DNA of 63,065 bases, counting the filler, from Folioceros fuciformis (taxonomy: Eukaryota), in NCBI GenBank assembly GCA_049999805.1. It is 7 parts of 7 records of this genome, joined end to end, with 100 filler letters (N's around TTAATTAATTAA, not from the genome) between each part and the next. Parts side by side here need not be neighbours in the genome. Positions count along the whole stretch, not along the records: positions 26,375 to 30,650 come from JBNGIO010002070.1; positions 30,751 to 35,617 come from JBNGIO010002071.1; positions 35,718 to 54,941 come from JBNGIO010002072.1; 4 more parts are not named here. One strand, 5' to 3'. Of the stretch, positions 26,275 to 39,442 are shown piece after piece. How positions within the stretch are numbered: position 1 is the stretch's first letter; every line of letters starts with the position of its first letter. The translations under genes and the position numbers were made by a program. The notes beneath the pieces were generated by a model. It worked only from the letters and a program-made list of their open reading frames with translations, made no database searches and was not told where the DNA came from.

Positions 26275-26374
26275 NNNNNNNNNNNNNNNNNNNNNNNNNN
26301 NNNNNNNNNNNNNNNNNNTTAATTAATTAANNNNNNNNNNNNNNNNNNNNNNNNNNNNNNNNNNNNNNNNNNNN

Positions 26375-27538
26375 GTTGATGTTGTCTCGCCACACTTTCC
26401 TACCTAGTATCCGCCAAACCTTTTTCAGTGCTCCGAAAGCGTCCTCAACGACCATACGAGAAGAGGATAGCTTGAAGTTAAAAGCCTCTTTGTCTGCCAT
26501 CAAACATCGACCAGGAAAGAGGATGATCAACCATGGAAGCAAAGGGTAGCCCACATCTCCAATGATATACTCACGCACTTCCTCGTTATACACGAGCATG
26601 GATGGTCCATTCAGCCATGCACCTGCATTGACTTGGTGATAGAACTTTGAGTTGTATAGAATTCTCGTATCATTTGCAGCTCCTGGCCAACTTGTTACTA
26701 CATCTAAGAACTTCTTATGAGGGCCTACTATACCCTGCATTGGGACTGAGAAATCTTTGTATCTTCCTCGATACTCCCATTGGTTTTCTCCTACATGTAG
26801 TTCCAGCCGAAAATGGGTCACATCGATGGCACCACGACAGTTCATGAAGCCATGTCGTTCAAAGAATCCTACCTTCACTTCCTCCAATTGACCTGCTGAT
26901 GGCTAGGCAAGGTGATGCCTAGCCTTCTGTATGATTGCTTTGACAAAACGGTGAGTAATTGTGAAGGTAGTTGACTCTCACACTCCAAAGCTTTCACCTA
27001 AAGAGACAAAGCTATCACTTGTGGCCAGTCTCCCTAAGGCAATGGCAACCTATTTCTGCACAAAGATAATCATCCCGGTGATGTTCACAAATCCAGGAAC
27101 TGGAGTTGGGTCAAGAATGTCATGAACTCGATTGCAAAGGTACGTAAAGGTTGCCCATGGGAATCGATAGAAATGGGCAAACCTTTTTGGATCTTCTTGT
27201 GCCACTTGAAGGTATAAAGTCCACATGTCTTGTATGCGGGGTTTCACATAGTACGTTGATAATTGAATGCCTATTAGAAATCCCCTTCGTAATTGTCTTG
27301 TACGGGTTGCAATTGCAAGAGCAGCCTCCAATTGTTGACATGTCAGAACAATGTTATCAAGAGCATCATCTAGAAGTCTCTGGTCATCCATGCTCAGAGA
27401 TCTTAAAGATAGCCCACAATCGGTGATGGCAGCATCACTATTCCCCTCAAAGTAATTCAGTAAATAAAACAAGTCTCGAACTACACTTAGTGTAGCAAGG
27501 GCTACACCGTAGACGACCATTTGCTCCACATTGGCCAT
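26375..27538 (-). mobile_element. PIF/Harbinger transposase (HARBI1-like DDE), interrupted by stops
   Basis: FAHFYRFPWATFTYL, LGRLATSDSF...FGV..ST, CRGAIDVTHF, WPGAANDTRIL, IIGDVGYPLLPWL, FNFKLSSSRMVVEDAFGALK. Confidence 0.9.
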
Positions 27539-27602
27539 AGATTGTCAATCCCTAAGCTTCAACCTAAAACATAGATGCTTGCTTCAACCTAAAATATAGT
27601 TG

Positions 27603-27862
27603 TGTTAAAATCCTAGCAGTAGGATTGCATCTAATCTACCATGATTAGGATTGCATCTAGTCTAACATGATCAAGATGCAATGCTCAGAGAGATATTTTA
27701 TGTTAGTCTCTAAAAGGTGTATACAAAGTGTGTCTTAAATAGCGTCACTGGGTGTCTCTTCCGAAGAGGCACACCCGTTCGTAATTATTAAATACTATTA
27801 ATTACGGTCTACGGTAACTAGCTGGTCAACAGGGTTACGGGCAGATTATCCATTCCGTAACA
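27603..27862 (-). repeat. Putative 3' LTR (260 bp) of the gag-PR Copia element
   Basis: TGTTA...TAACA termini. On the minus strand it is directly preceded by the PPT AACTTAAGAGGGAG. Confidence 0.7.
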
Positions 27863-29283
27863 CTCCCTCTTAAGTTGAACGTAACCTAACCAGTCGTGGG
27901 GGTTATCTCCCATGGAGCGCGACGCTCCTCTTTGATTCGCTCCCTCTAAAGGCTAATGAGAGCCTGTACATGCCGTCTTGACGTACGGCACTGAAGAGGC
28001 ACAAGTCAGGATTTGTAGTCCTAAAAAGGTAGCATGACCCCTATGAAGCAAGCATCTTAAGATCGCCTTGCTTTAGCAACTAAGTCATGGAGACCAGGTT
28101 CTTGCCCATCTCTGGGACTAGGAGCATAGGCTCCAAGGTAAGCACCGAACCGTCCTCAAGGAGAAATTTGCAAGTGCCTTGTCCCATGATTGGCAAGCTG
28201 GATCTACTCTGTTCGTCACCGAGTAACACCCTTTCCTTGAGAGGATGAGTATCCAACTTGGTGAATAGAGTACAATCGTTGCATATGTGGGCGGTGGCTC
28301 CATTGTCGAGATACCACCCCACATCCTGATGCAACTGGGTTGACGCAAGCCGTAAGTATCTTTACGGTTCTTGTCTCCACTGTGCTGGCGTTCCCCTTAA
28401 TTGCAATACTGGCTACTTGTCACAAGTCAGCCTTTTGCGGCTCTCCGGCCTCTTTCTTGCGGCACTCTCGTGCCCAATGGCCGGCAGCTCCACACCAATT
28501 GCAGTTTCTAGCTCGGCGAGGAGGGACAGAGGTTGAGTCAGCTTTAGGGGTGAAGTTCGCCTCGCCGTTCGAATTCCTCCCAGACGTGAAGTGGGTGGAA
28601 AGCGCCCTGTCTGCCTCGGGCTTGGACCCTCCTACAGAACATAAGCGGCTCTGCTCCTGCTGATACAGAGCACCGATGATGTCCTCCACTGTTAGGGTGG
28701 GGGCGGTACCTGCCTTACCCTGAGTTGATACCAACATCATGCTGGTAACAAAATTCTGGTAAGACGATGGTAAGCTCATTAGCAGCTGTGCAGCGGCATC
28801 GGTCTCCAACATGGTTGAGCAAAGGGAGGCGAGCTGCCCTCGCAACTGTCTGAACTTCAAAGTGTGAGCAGAGATTGTATCTGCCTCCTTCATCCTTAAG
28901 GAGTTGAATTCTTGCCTTATACTGTACAAGGTTAGAACATTGGTAACATTGTAGGTGTTAGACAATTGGTCCCAGATGGTAGATGCATCTGAGAGAAATT
29001 CAACACTAGGCACAAGACTTGAATCTAGGCTGCTGATTAGGAGTGCTACAGCTATCCCATTCAAATAGTTCCATCTCTCAAAGACGGCGACTGGTGGGGG
29101 TGGAGTGGCAGAAGGGTCGGGCTTTGGAAGGGTGCCGTCGACGATCTTCCAAATGCCCCGGCCAATAATGATCGACGTCATCCGAACGCGCCACACAAGG
29201 TAGTGTTGGCCGTTGAATCGGTCTTTCTCTCTAATGTGGTCGGTGAAGACGGGAGTGGAGCTGGTGGAGAAAGTACTAGCCAT
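27863..29283 (-). mobile_element. Internally deleted Ty1/Copia: intact-looking gag plus protease, no INT/RT/RH
   Basis: Gag FNGQHYLVWR..IWDQL..LLMSLPSSYQNF with Zn knuckle CNWCGAAGHWAREC (28420-29283). Protease WYLDNGATAHIC..KNLVS (28080-28334). The PPT lies about 210 bp later. Confidence 0.88.
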
Positions 29284-30750
29284 GGCAGTCGGAGCGTTAA
29301 TTGAAAGCGAGTTGATCCCAGAGAGTCAACGTGTTGACCGAGGTGTTTGCTTCTGTCAGCTCCTCTGCCAGGTCGAAAAAGGGGTCCTTGGGAATGCTCA
29401 GCAACAGGTGAAGGAGGCTCGATCTTCAGAGGTGGATTATGATCCTCATGATGATCTAAGGTGCTCGGAAGATGTGTTCACCCTGTGGCTTGAGCTAAAT
29501 CACAAGCAGGGAAGGGATCAGTAATTTGAGAGCAAAAAGAAAGCCGATTGGAGGCATGTAAGTGTGAACCGGCACCAATTAAAACCGGTTCCGAGCCAAT
29601 ACCCAAAAAGACTGGGTTCACATTGGTAGGGGGTGCCAAATTAGGCCCTCCCCCCTGCGAAAAGGCAACATAAGTTGCCTTTTCGCGACGCCGCCGTTTC
29701 GCGGGCGGCCGCACCTCCTCGGGCACGCACGCGGCTGCGGTGAGGTGGGCAGCCTCCACAGCGAGCTCCCGCTCAACCGCGAGCGCCCGGAGGAGCTGGT
29801 CCTCCTTGATGCCTCCAGATGTTGGCGCCCTGAGGGTTGGATGCCTTGGGGCGCTTCTGTCCTTAGAATTGGAGCCTGAAATCACGGAATTTGGGGCCAG
29901 ATCTGCCGAATTGCAGGAAGCAAGGCGCTCAAGATTGGGCCCAAATCCTTGGCCAATTCTCCTGTGATTGTGATATCCTGAGGTGCTCCATCGACAGGAA
30001 GAGGCAGAGGGCTTCGTGAAGCTCCCAGGGACAGGTCATCCTCAGAGAATCCGTGCTGAAAGCAGTCTTCTCGAGAAATCTGCGGAGATGGGCAAGTATA
30101 GGCACGGGAAACACGGGGAGGCAGTTGTCCAGCCCTCCCTCTGAGGGGCAAATGCAGGAACTCCTCTCCCAGGTCTTGAGCTGCAGATTGCAGGGGTTAG
30201 GTAGCCTCCTGGAATTCCTGGGCCATCCTCCGTGAATCCGTGAAGGGGACAATCCACACGGGGGCTGGAGGATAGAGAGCAAGTGCAATGTCATCGGCGC
30301 CGTCTTGTCAGGGAATTCGCACACTGGCCCTTGCCCGCCGGCGCTTGAGCAATATGAGGTGCCTGAGATACTTGCGAATTTTAGTGTAGGAGGATTGTCG
30401 GAGGGTGAGGTCGCGGCGCCGATCCATCGCGATGGTGGGCTGAGGCGCAGGAACTGGAGGGGGACGAGGGAGGTATGCCCCACCTGTCCCCCGTCTTCCC
30501 TTTTAAATCCATATATGGGTCTGACCCTTTATATCTTAAATCTAAAAACCTTAAGATACAAGCCCAAAGGATAGTGGGGATTGGTGTCGCAGTTTGCATT
30601 AGAACTCCGTGGTCAAGCGCCCTGGGGCTTGATCAGGTCTCGGATAGAGGNNNNNNNNNNNNNNNNNNNNNNNNNNNNNNNNNNNNNNNNNNNNTTAATT
30701 AATTAANNNNNNNNNNNNNNNNNNNNNNNNNNNNNNNNNNNNNNNNNNNN

Positions 30751-32940
30751 CTTCATATCTAATCTTGTTACACATACTTGTTCTCATTTTCTTTAACACT
30801 TTCATATCATCATGCCTTGTTACAAAGTCTATTTATCCCTACCAAATTTAGAATAAAATAAAATAATTATTTATATCCACATATAAAGACTTTATGTAGA
30901 TATGTGGAAAAATGAAGTTAATTGAAAAAATTATTAAAATAAATAAAGAAGTAGTAGTCACATATTTTATTTAAGATATTTCTTACGTATAATAGTGAAT
31001 GAGCACATAATGTATAAATAACTAATTCGTTCTAAAAGGATCACAATGTAGTTGCAATTGTTTGTCAAATGGTTTATCAAAAGACTTTAGTGCAATTCGA
31101 AAGATGCCATTGTGATTTGAAAGATGCTGCTGTAAATTCATTAATTGATTGAAGATTTGTTTTTTTGTTAAAATTTACCTTTACATTAGTCAAATATTTT
31201 ATTTCATTAAAAATATATTTTTTCATCTTCAATGAAATTCCTTTTCATCACTTAGTAGCAATCTCTTACTAGTTAATAAAGCTAGCTATTTTATGTGAAG
31301 GTTTGATAGAAATAACTTCCAATATTAGTGGGCTATATTGTCCTACGGATGAGTATATTTATGAACCTTCTTTGTGGCGCATTCTTCAGTTACTCAATCT
31401 AAAAGGTTGATAGTGACAGTGCTCATACATCAAGACTTTAAATTATAGATAGTTAAGTAAATATATAGAACCATATCTCTATAAGAGTTCTGTAAATAAG
31501 ATGCTCATCCCTTTTAGTACATTGACTATGATTAATAATTTTATTATTTAAAAATATAGTGCAATTTTAATGTTTTATAGTCCAATGCTACCCATGACAA
31601 TGAAGAGGTCTTTGTGTTGAATTCATATGGGCAAAGTTGAGCCTCAATGTGTTCAAAGTCAAAAGGCATGAAAAGAGATAAAAAGATGTGTCTCATCACA
31701 ATTGGTTGTGTTCTTCTAAATGTCATGTTATCTAACTATAACCTGACTGGAGACATAAAGGATTTTAGTAGTAATATTAATATATTTTTATTGAAAAGAG
31801 ATGGAAATCCCTTTATCCCAAACAAGAGTGCTAAGAGACTAGAATGTCATTTTCATCACGTACGAAGCTTGATCCCAGTCCCCCCGCAATTGGAAATTAA
31901 GCTTAACTAACTTAACTAGATCGGGAATTCATGATGTTTGTTGGTTGTCTAACGGTCAAGTCATAAGTAGAATAATTTTTCTACTATAAGTTTTACTTAA
32001 ATTACCAAAGAGGACAAGAGTTTAAATTGGCCAAAAGCTAATAACTGTCTAAACCATTTTTCATTTCTGCAAGGGAAAATTGTTTTCCAAGTTTTACAAA
32101 CTCCTAAGGTTATGTTTGCATTTCACTTTTTTATCAAATATTTTAGAGGTCTTTAAATCCTTAAACACTAACTTTGAACGTGATTATCTCAAGCAAATTA
32201 GCATAGTTTCTCTTATAGATTATGTTGTTGAACATGTGAAAAGAATGTATAAAGTTGATAGAGTGAGTATGGGGAGTATAAACCTTTTCTATTTTATTAA
32301 AAAATTAAATATAAAGTCATGGAGTGTAGATGGGTTTTAATATATCTAACTTCTTTTGAAAGTGAAATAAGTTCTTCTATAGCTAGTGGGAACAAATATG
32401 CTTTAGATTTTGTTGATGTATTAAATAATAAGTTTCGTTGGTCTTTGCATGCATGTTGTCTATTCAATCATAAATTTTATCCTAAAGGTGTAGATGAACG
32501 CATATTATTAGTCAAAACATTGTTGGAGGTATTGTTGAAAATGTTTGAAACTATATCTTTAAATACAAATACTAATGTAATAAACCTTTTGTAGTTTATG
32601 AGTTGAGTCAAACTAAGTTGCTAACATTTGTACCTATCTGGAAGTCCTATGAAGTGAGTCAAGCGAAGTGAGTCAAGCAAAGTTGCTAACATTTGTACAT
32701 ATCTTGAAGTCCTCTTATGTTCAATTCACTACGTTAGCAACTTACAAAATGTACTCAACATCTCGAGAGTGGGTAGTATTGGCCAATGTATGTTATATCT
32801 TTGGGAATTATGCCTAGTCATAGCCTGCAGTAATATGTGACCTAATAACATAAGAACTAATCTTAATATTCCCACTCTTAATGCCTTGATGAGTAATCAT
32901 AGATTGGGATGGTATTTTTAAAGCTTGGAAAGAATAGCCT
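30751..32940 (+). mobile_element. Highly decayed AT-rich DNA transposon, probably hAT-like
   Basis: Sharp AT-rich island with remnants HDVCWLS (DVRWLS-like, ~31930) and RTNLNIPTLNALM (dimerisation-domain-like, ~32855-32892). No long ORF. Confidence 0.4.
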
Positions 32941-32946
32941 TGATAG

Positions 32947-32948
<2 letters not shown>

Positions 32949-32977
<29 letters not shown>
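32949..32977. repeat. (TA)n microsatellite
   Basis: Direct reading. Confidence 0.9.
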
Positions 32978-32980
<3 letters not shown>

Positions 32981-33633
32981 TATTATTATTTAAAATATAA
33001 TTATTTATTTACAATTTATTACATACAAGCAGTGTCCTTGTTTTGTCCGGGCCAAGTAGCAAAGCTAGGTGGTCCCTAGGATTGAAATAATAGTTTGTAA
33101 AATCACACTCTTCAAGAAACCTAGAGAAAGCCAAAAAAAAAAAGGAAAAAGGAATAGCTCCCAAGAATTTTAATAGCTAGATAATGCATCTCATATATAT
33201 TATGGTAAATTCTATGATATATATTAAATTAAATGGAGGGAGAAAAAGGAAAGCAAAGATATATTGCGGACAGCGAGATGCAACTTTTGAAGCCGCACGC
33301 TTCGCTACGTTATGCCGTGCAGATGGTGCGAGGCCGTTTGTCTGGCACCCACATAAATGGCAACGGGGAAATCGAGAACGCTATGGCCACCAGAGGGCTG
33401 TTGAGTGGTCATGACGGGATGGGTGTGAGATGGATATCGAGGGGGTGGGGTATCAAGAGACAAGGGGGGCCGGGCTCGTCCTCGTCCTCGTCCTCGTCCG
33501 CCCAGGGATCCTCACCTCACCTCCTCCGGTTTCACGGAGTGTTAGTGACCTGACCCTACCTTGCTTGTACGCGGCGACAGTGCTGACATGACCTGAGTCA
33601 AGCAGAGAGCGGCCCGCTGCTGCTGGCTGGGCC

Positions 33634-34680
33634 TGCTGTGCTGTGCTGTGCTGTGCTGTGCTGTGCTGTGCTTTTCTCGCTTCGCTTCCGGCCCGGGGCC
33701 CAAGCTCCGAGGCTACGACGAGGCTATAGCTAAGGCTCCGAGTCGGAGTGCCCGGCTCGGCCCGGGCTGAAGATTTTCTTTTCGTTTCATGAATGTCACT
33801 CACTGGTCAGGATCGAATCCCCCGGATCTCCCTCCTTCCTTCCATCCTTCCATGCTTTTTCTCCGGCCCTGAATGGTGTGTACTTTCTTGGCGCCTGCCA
33901 TTTTATATAGCAGTAAGTTGGCGGGGTCAGCATACGTCAACGACATTATTGGTGCACTAATCGGGAATGATTTAGGCTGTAACAGACAGTACGTCGTGAT
34001 GAGGCCTAATGAACGCTTCGCTCCAGGTACATACTGTTGGGAAGTATGTTTTGCGTGTATGTATGTATGTATGTATGTATGTATGGAGTAGAGTGTAGGT
34101 CGGGCGGGCTCAAGGCTAGGTTGGGGCTGGGCTGTGATTGGGGCCGAGGTTGCAGCCAATCCCAGGCCGCGGGTCCCGTGTGGTGCAGCGAGGTGGTTAT
34201 GAATTTGTTTCGGGACCGCAGGCCCATGTGCGTGGAAAGCTCGACTTTCTATTCCAAGGGCCGGTGGGAAAAGCAGCCACCCAAATGCGGGCTCTATCTG
34301 GTGGCTGCAGCCTCGAAGGTATCTCTATTCGCCGATTCTGCTGATCTCGCGCGTGTGAAGGGGGGCGCGGGGGGGTTCGAACCCTCGTCTTCCAGCTGAG
34401 AGGCCGGCAGCTCTGCTAACTCGGATGGCGAGACGGGAGACATATCTGCGCACTGTTGCACTCCAGTCTGACACACGAAGATGAGCGTCACAAACGGAAC
34501 CTGACAAGGGTGTTGAGTGCGAGAATTTCGAATTGCGTGCTTCTACAGTCGCAGGTTGTCGGAGCGGCCCTCCGACCGTCTGCACAAGAGGCAGAAGAGA
34601 AGGCAAGGGATGCGAAGAGCAGAGAAGAGAAGAGAAGAGAAGAGAAGAGACGAGAAGGGAAGGGAAGAGAAGGAAGGAAG
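33634..34680. repeat. Cluster of short microsatellites: (GCTGT)n ~33634-33670, (TATG)n ~34057-34085, (AGAAG)n-like ~34620-34680
   Basis: Direct reading; intergenic GC-rich region. Confidence 0.8.
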
Positions 34681-36509
34681 AGGTTTGGACGTGTTGTGCC
34701 AGTCCCTGTGCTGTCTGTCACACAAAGAAACAGTCACGGGTTCTTCGGTTGTTCCGATCCCCGACGCTGCTGGTCTGCGGCTCGGGGATTGCGGCTCGGG
34801 GCCCGGACGCTCGGCGCTTCATGGCGCCCGTGGCCGTAGCCGGGGCCGTTGCCGTTGCCCGAAGCTGCAGCCTAGGGGGGGCCTGGCACCTTGCGTTTGT
34901 CCCGGCCCCCCTTGCTTCCTCTTCACATCAGTGGCTTGTCTTGCATGTGCGGCCAGCTCTCGGGCAAAGAGAGATGCTACCGTTGTGAGACGGGACGTGA
35001 CGACAACGCGCCTCGCTGCCTGCTGCGTACAGAAAGAAAAACATGCATGATGTGTGCGTGCTCACGGGAGACAGAGAGAAAGAGCGCCCAGCAGCGGGTG
35101 CCGTAGGACCAGCCGCCCAGCTCCCGATCGGGCACACCACGAAAGCCCCATCTCATGCACTCGTCGATGCCGTGGTGGGCACGCCCTGGCTCGCCTCCGC
35201 TTCCATGCTCTTGTAATAGTAGTAGCAGCAGCAGCAGCTCCTCCATCGCTCCTGCACTGTGCGGGACAGGCGGTGCTGTTTGAATCCGATTCGTTTTCAC
35301 CCAATTGCACGGCCTGGCCGGTGCGCAGTGCCAGTCGGACTGCGAGGCCTGGTAGCCCCCCCCTGTCGGTTGCTGCCACCGCCCAGCTCGCGCATTTGTT
35401 GTAGGTGGGCGGTGGTGGAGCAGCAACTGCGCCGGCCGGGCCAGGGCCCCAGGGCCGTGCCGGCGGGATGCCTTGCCCTTGTTGATGCAGGGGAATTTGG
35501 TGGGAGATTAGGGCGGAATTTAGTGGGCGATTGGGCTGGAATTTGGCAATGGTGGCAAGGGTAGGCGGGGTGATGGCCGCCCTCATTGCGGGGGAATGCA
35601 GTTGAGTGGTTGGGGACNNNNNNNNNNNNNNNNNNNNNNNNNNNNNNNNNNNNNNNNNNNNTTAATTAATTAANNNNNNNNNNNNNNNNNNNNNNNNNNN
35701 NNNNNNNNNNNNNNNNNCGCTTTTTTTCGCAAACGACCTAAACATAGCGCAAGGGCACAAGCCACACCGTGGATCAAATCAACTATTGGGCCCTTCGGTG
35801 AAAGTGAAGGTCGTACACAATATATCATGCCCTCTACGATTCCTAATTGGCTGCTTCGTTCTGGCGCAAGGAGGGCCTCACCCCTCACCCTCGACCACTA
35901 CCAGGTAGTAGCATGGCAGCGACCACACCACGGGCCCGGCAAAAGTACCACCTCACCTGATGAGAAACAGTTGGTATAGCAGACAGAGTTCTCATAAAAA
36001 ACCACCCATGACGGAGGAATCCAAAGGTTCTATGGAACGAGCGAAAAGAACGATCAACAAGGGCCTCAAACGCTAATCAACAAACTGCAAACCTCACAGC
36101 GGCATGGTGTACGGATCTCTCCCTGTCGCCTGGCAGGCACATAGTGGCAACAGAGCTTCGTCAGCTAATTTCACCAGAAATCTCCTTCAGGTTCTCGATC
36201 CTGTTATTTTAAAGCCATCTGAAGATGAACGGACATTTGAACGCATCTGCTCAACTGTTTCAAAGGCACTCTTCAGGTTTCCTGTGCTAGTTGGAGCTAT
36301 GACCAGAAGGGGAGCTGATTATCCTCCGTTTGAGAACAATTACAAACGAGCACACCCATCACAAGGATGACAGAATCTTGGAGCCAAATGATACCGCCCA
36401 TATTTTTTTCGGTGGACACTCACATCTACTGCAGGACATTACGACACCATACACCCATATGTTTTGTGCTGTACAAGTCCGCAGTCCCAGCTTCTGACCT
36501 GGGAATATT

Positions 36510-37926
36510 CTATAACTTTGATCGAACTATGTAACCAGCCTCCTGCTTTCTTCTTCGCTCAGCAATCTTAGCTGCTTTGAACAGCGTGGAATGCACCTCC
36601 TCAAAATGGGGAGCCATGGCCGTCTGTACTCCTGACATCCATCGCTGTATCTTTTGATGATGACCAAATAAGTCGGATCGCATACCTGAGTCCAGCAACT
36701 GGCCACACACGAAACTCACACAACCAGGTCAGAAATGTCACAAGACGATACCACCAACTCACTTGAAGAAGCAATGGTTTCCAGCCTTACATCAAGTTGC
36801 TTCAGTTCACAGGCTAGACTTAAATCAGCAATTGATGGCTGTAAGCTGCCAGCCAAGAAGCGTGTGTGCCCTTTCAGCCATACTGTTTCCATTTTCAAGA
36901 GTGAGCCTCTCAGCGTCTTCTCAGCATTCTTCAATGTTGCTTCATTACTGGGCCGCCCCAATGAGGGATTTATTACCAGGTGCAACACAACGTCAGCTGC
37001 ACTCGAGAAGTTCAGCACTCATAGGAATTAGAGGGGAATCCGCCAGAAGGTCCCACACCTACTGGTACAGTCACTGATGCAAGCCTGACAGAACAAGTGC
37101 AATCATTCGGGACCTACCACAACCTCGCCTTAGGTTTGAGTGGTGCCAATCCAGCACGGAATCAATTCTTGCTCGTCTGGAAACGTCGGTTGGATACCTG
37201 AGAGTCGTGAAGGCCCATCAGACGGACCCACTATACGATATGACCTTGGACTTGGTCAAAGAAGAGCGACAGCCAAGTACCTCACCAGTGATCTTGGACT
37301 CCTGGGCGCGTACAGGCCAGGTAGCGAAGAATGGCATGACTGCGAGAGCAAGACAAGGAAATAATGTCATCATCCTTCACTAAGGTGGTTCTTGACAGCG
37401 ATTCAGCAGGAGTCACACATTGCTCTTCAACGAACTGTAAGTCGACAGACCGAAGAGCCAACGTTCCTGACTAACAGATACCTTTCAAAGAGCTTGAATC
37501 CAGCATCATCAATAGCAGGCACTTGGGCCATGGGATTAATGGCTGCAAACCAGAACAGAGGTAAGGTGACAGCCCGGCACACTGAATCATCACTCTTCAG
37601 CGTAGGGATGGTGGGAATCCTACGCACCTTTAAACTCCTCTGTTCTGTTTTCTCCTTTCAATATGTTGAGCAAATGAACTTGGGCATCGATGTCGTTCAT
37701 CCTGAGGACAAGCGAATGTAACCACAATACCAGAGCCCGACTAACATAAAGGCCCTGCCGAAGAAGCCAGAAACCTGCGATTGTTGCCCTCACGAACCAG
37801 CCCAGAAAGTGGGCAAATCATACAAGATTGACAGACAGCGTGAGTTTGAGAATACCTGCAGAAGATGAGGACGGCCCGTGAGGGCTGCGACATCCTGTCC
37901 ACGTACAGATGAAGCTTTCCGTCCAT
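36510..37926 (-). CDS. GSTT: Glutathione S-transferase theta class, multi-exon
   Basis: LYVDRMSQPSRAVLIFC, INPMAQVPAIDDAGFKLFES, HAILRYLA, INSVLDWHHSNLR, PSIADLSLACELKQL, APHFEEVH. The C-terminus is SKL (PTS1-like). Confidence 0.92.
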
Positions 37927-38074
37927 GACGGCAAATCAGAGGCGCCCACAGACAACGACTTGCTGTTGCAAAAAAGAACCCCTTGGAACTGCTGTACCCA
38001 GCAAAAGCCGGGAAGGAAATCGGGACCAGTCGAACCGAAATAGCAAATTTTGTAGCCGGCTGCTGGACGGGTCA

Positions 38075-39442
38075 TCAGAAATTGTCATCGCTGCTGTTAT
38101 CCTGCAAATCTTGGTTATCGCCCCCATCCATCTCGAGAAGGTCGGAGTCATCAGCCTCCAGCGCTGGCGAAGGTGTCTCCCTCTCCGAATGGTTGAGGGA
38201 TGCCTGGATAGACATGATACCTCTTGCCAAGCGCTCCTCGCTTTTCTCCAGCCGTGAGGAGAGCTCCGACGCAATTGCGTCTGCTCGGGGTTCGCCCATG
38301 TTGTGGCTGGAAGTCTTCCTGGATCCTCCAAGGCTGCCGCCCTTTGAGGAGACGTCAATCTTGAACATGGCTTTGGAGGATCCCGATCCGGTACCCTTGA
38401 GGGAGGTAGTGCCCCCGCGGAACCAGTTCCAGAAGGTGCTCCCCTCCGCCTCTGTCCCTGCCTCTGCCTCCGATTCAGACTCATCCTCAGAGCCCTCAGG
38501 TTTGAACATGGCTTTTTCAGGCACCTCCTCTCCTCTGAGGATTCTCACCTCTTCATTCTGCATGCGGCGTTGAAGGCGTCGCATCTTCCGCTGTGCTTCC
38601 TCCACCTTCTCCTGCTCCTCGCGGCTGTGGATTTCCATCTGCGCTTCCAGCCATTGCAGATTCCGGTGCTTCTCCAAATACGCAGCGAAGAGCCCTTTCA
38701 GCTGCTTTTCCAGAGCTTCGTACTCGTCCATGTAGGATGGTCTCACGTTCTCCAGCGTGCTCAGCCGTTTCTCGCTCCTCTCCAGCTCTAATTTGCGCTT
38801 CTCGTACTGCGCCTGCAGAGTTTTCTCATCATTTTCAAGACCCACCAGTTCCTCTTCAACGGCGGCAATGTTTTCCTTGAGTGCGTTGGTGGCATCCACA
38901 ACACTCTTCTCGATCTCATCCATGTCCGTATTGAGGTTTGCGGCCACCCATCTGGCCTCGTACAGCTCTGGCTCCTCTGCCAGGCAATCATAGAACGCAG
39001 CCCCGCACTTGGTGATCTCGTTCACCAACGCTCTGGTGGCCTTGGTCTCAGAGACTTTTATGGTGGGGAATTGCTCGGTGCGTACCGGCTCATTCTCTTG
39101 CTCGCTTGCAATGGTCATTGCCTCGGCTAACACGGAAGCAATTTTGAGGAGCTCCTTCACAGCAACCCCATCTGCAGAGTACAACCTCCTGGGGTTCAAC
39201 TTGATTCTGCCCTTTGAAAGCATCAACTGGGTTGCACTCTTCAAGAAAGCCACCCTCTTCTGCTCAGTGGAGATGTCTGTTTCTAGCTCGGCTGTATTAT
39301 CATACCTTGACACCAACCAATGCAGACAGTCAGCCACCAATTCGAAGTTTGGAGATCTGAAGCTGTCCATAGAAATTGCTCTTGGATACCCAAGAGTCCT
39401 CATCGTCACCACGAACTTTCTCATGTCAGAGTAAGACATCAT
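38075..39442 (-). CDS. CLUAP1: Clusterin-associated protein 1 / IFT38 (intraflagellar transport B), single exon
   Basis: MRTLGYPRAISMDSFRSPNFELVA, KLNPRRLYSADGVAVKELLK, ELERSEKRLSTLENVRPSYMDEYE, acidic tail ending DDNF. Confidence 0.93.
   Translation of the reverse strand: MMSYSDMRKFVVTMRTLGYPRAISMDSFRSPNFELVADCLHWLVSRYDNTAELETDISTEQKRVAFLKSATQLMLSKGRIKLNPRRLYSADGVAVKELLKIASVLAEAMTIASEQENEPVRTEQFPTIKVSETKATRALVNEITKCGAAFYDCLAEEPELYEARWVAANLNTDMDEIEKSVVDATNALKENIAAVEEELVGLENDEKTLQAQYEKRKLELERSEKRLSTLENVRPSYMDEYEALEKQLKGLFAAYLEKHRNLQWLEAQMEIHSREEQEKVEEAQRKMRRLQRRMQNEEVRILRGEEVPEKAMFKPEGSEDESESEAEAGTEAEGSTFWNWFRGGTTSLKGTGSGSSKAMFKIDVSSKGGSLGGSRKTSSHNMGEPRADAIASELSSRLEKSEERLARGIMSIQASLNHSERETPSPALEADDSDLLEMDGGDNQDLQDNSSDDNF

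Noticed and set aside
26275-26374. TTAATTAATTAA palindrome flanked by N runs (also near 30651, 35618, 54942, 56717 and 59371)
   Set aside because: An identical 100-bp spacer with stops in all frames at every gap; this is a scaffolding linker, not biology.
29478-30650. Candidate 5' LTR or PBS (TGGTGCCG at ~29577 on -) of the gag-PR Copia
   Set aside because: No similarity to the 27603-27862 LTR was found next to it.
33184-35617. Many overlapping 60-180 aa ORFs in GC-rich sequence
   Set aside because: Low complexity, microsatellite-driven and without recognisable domains; probably regulatory or intergenic.
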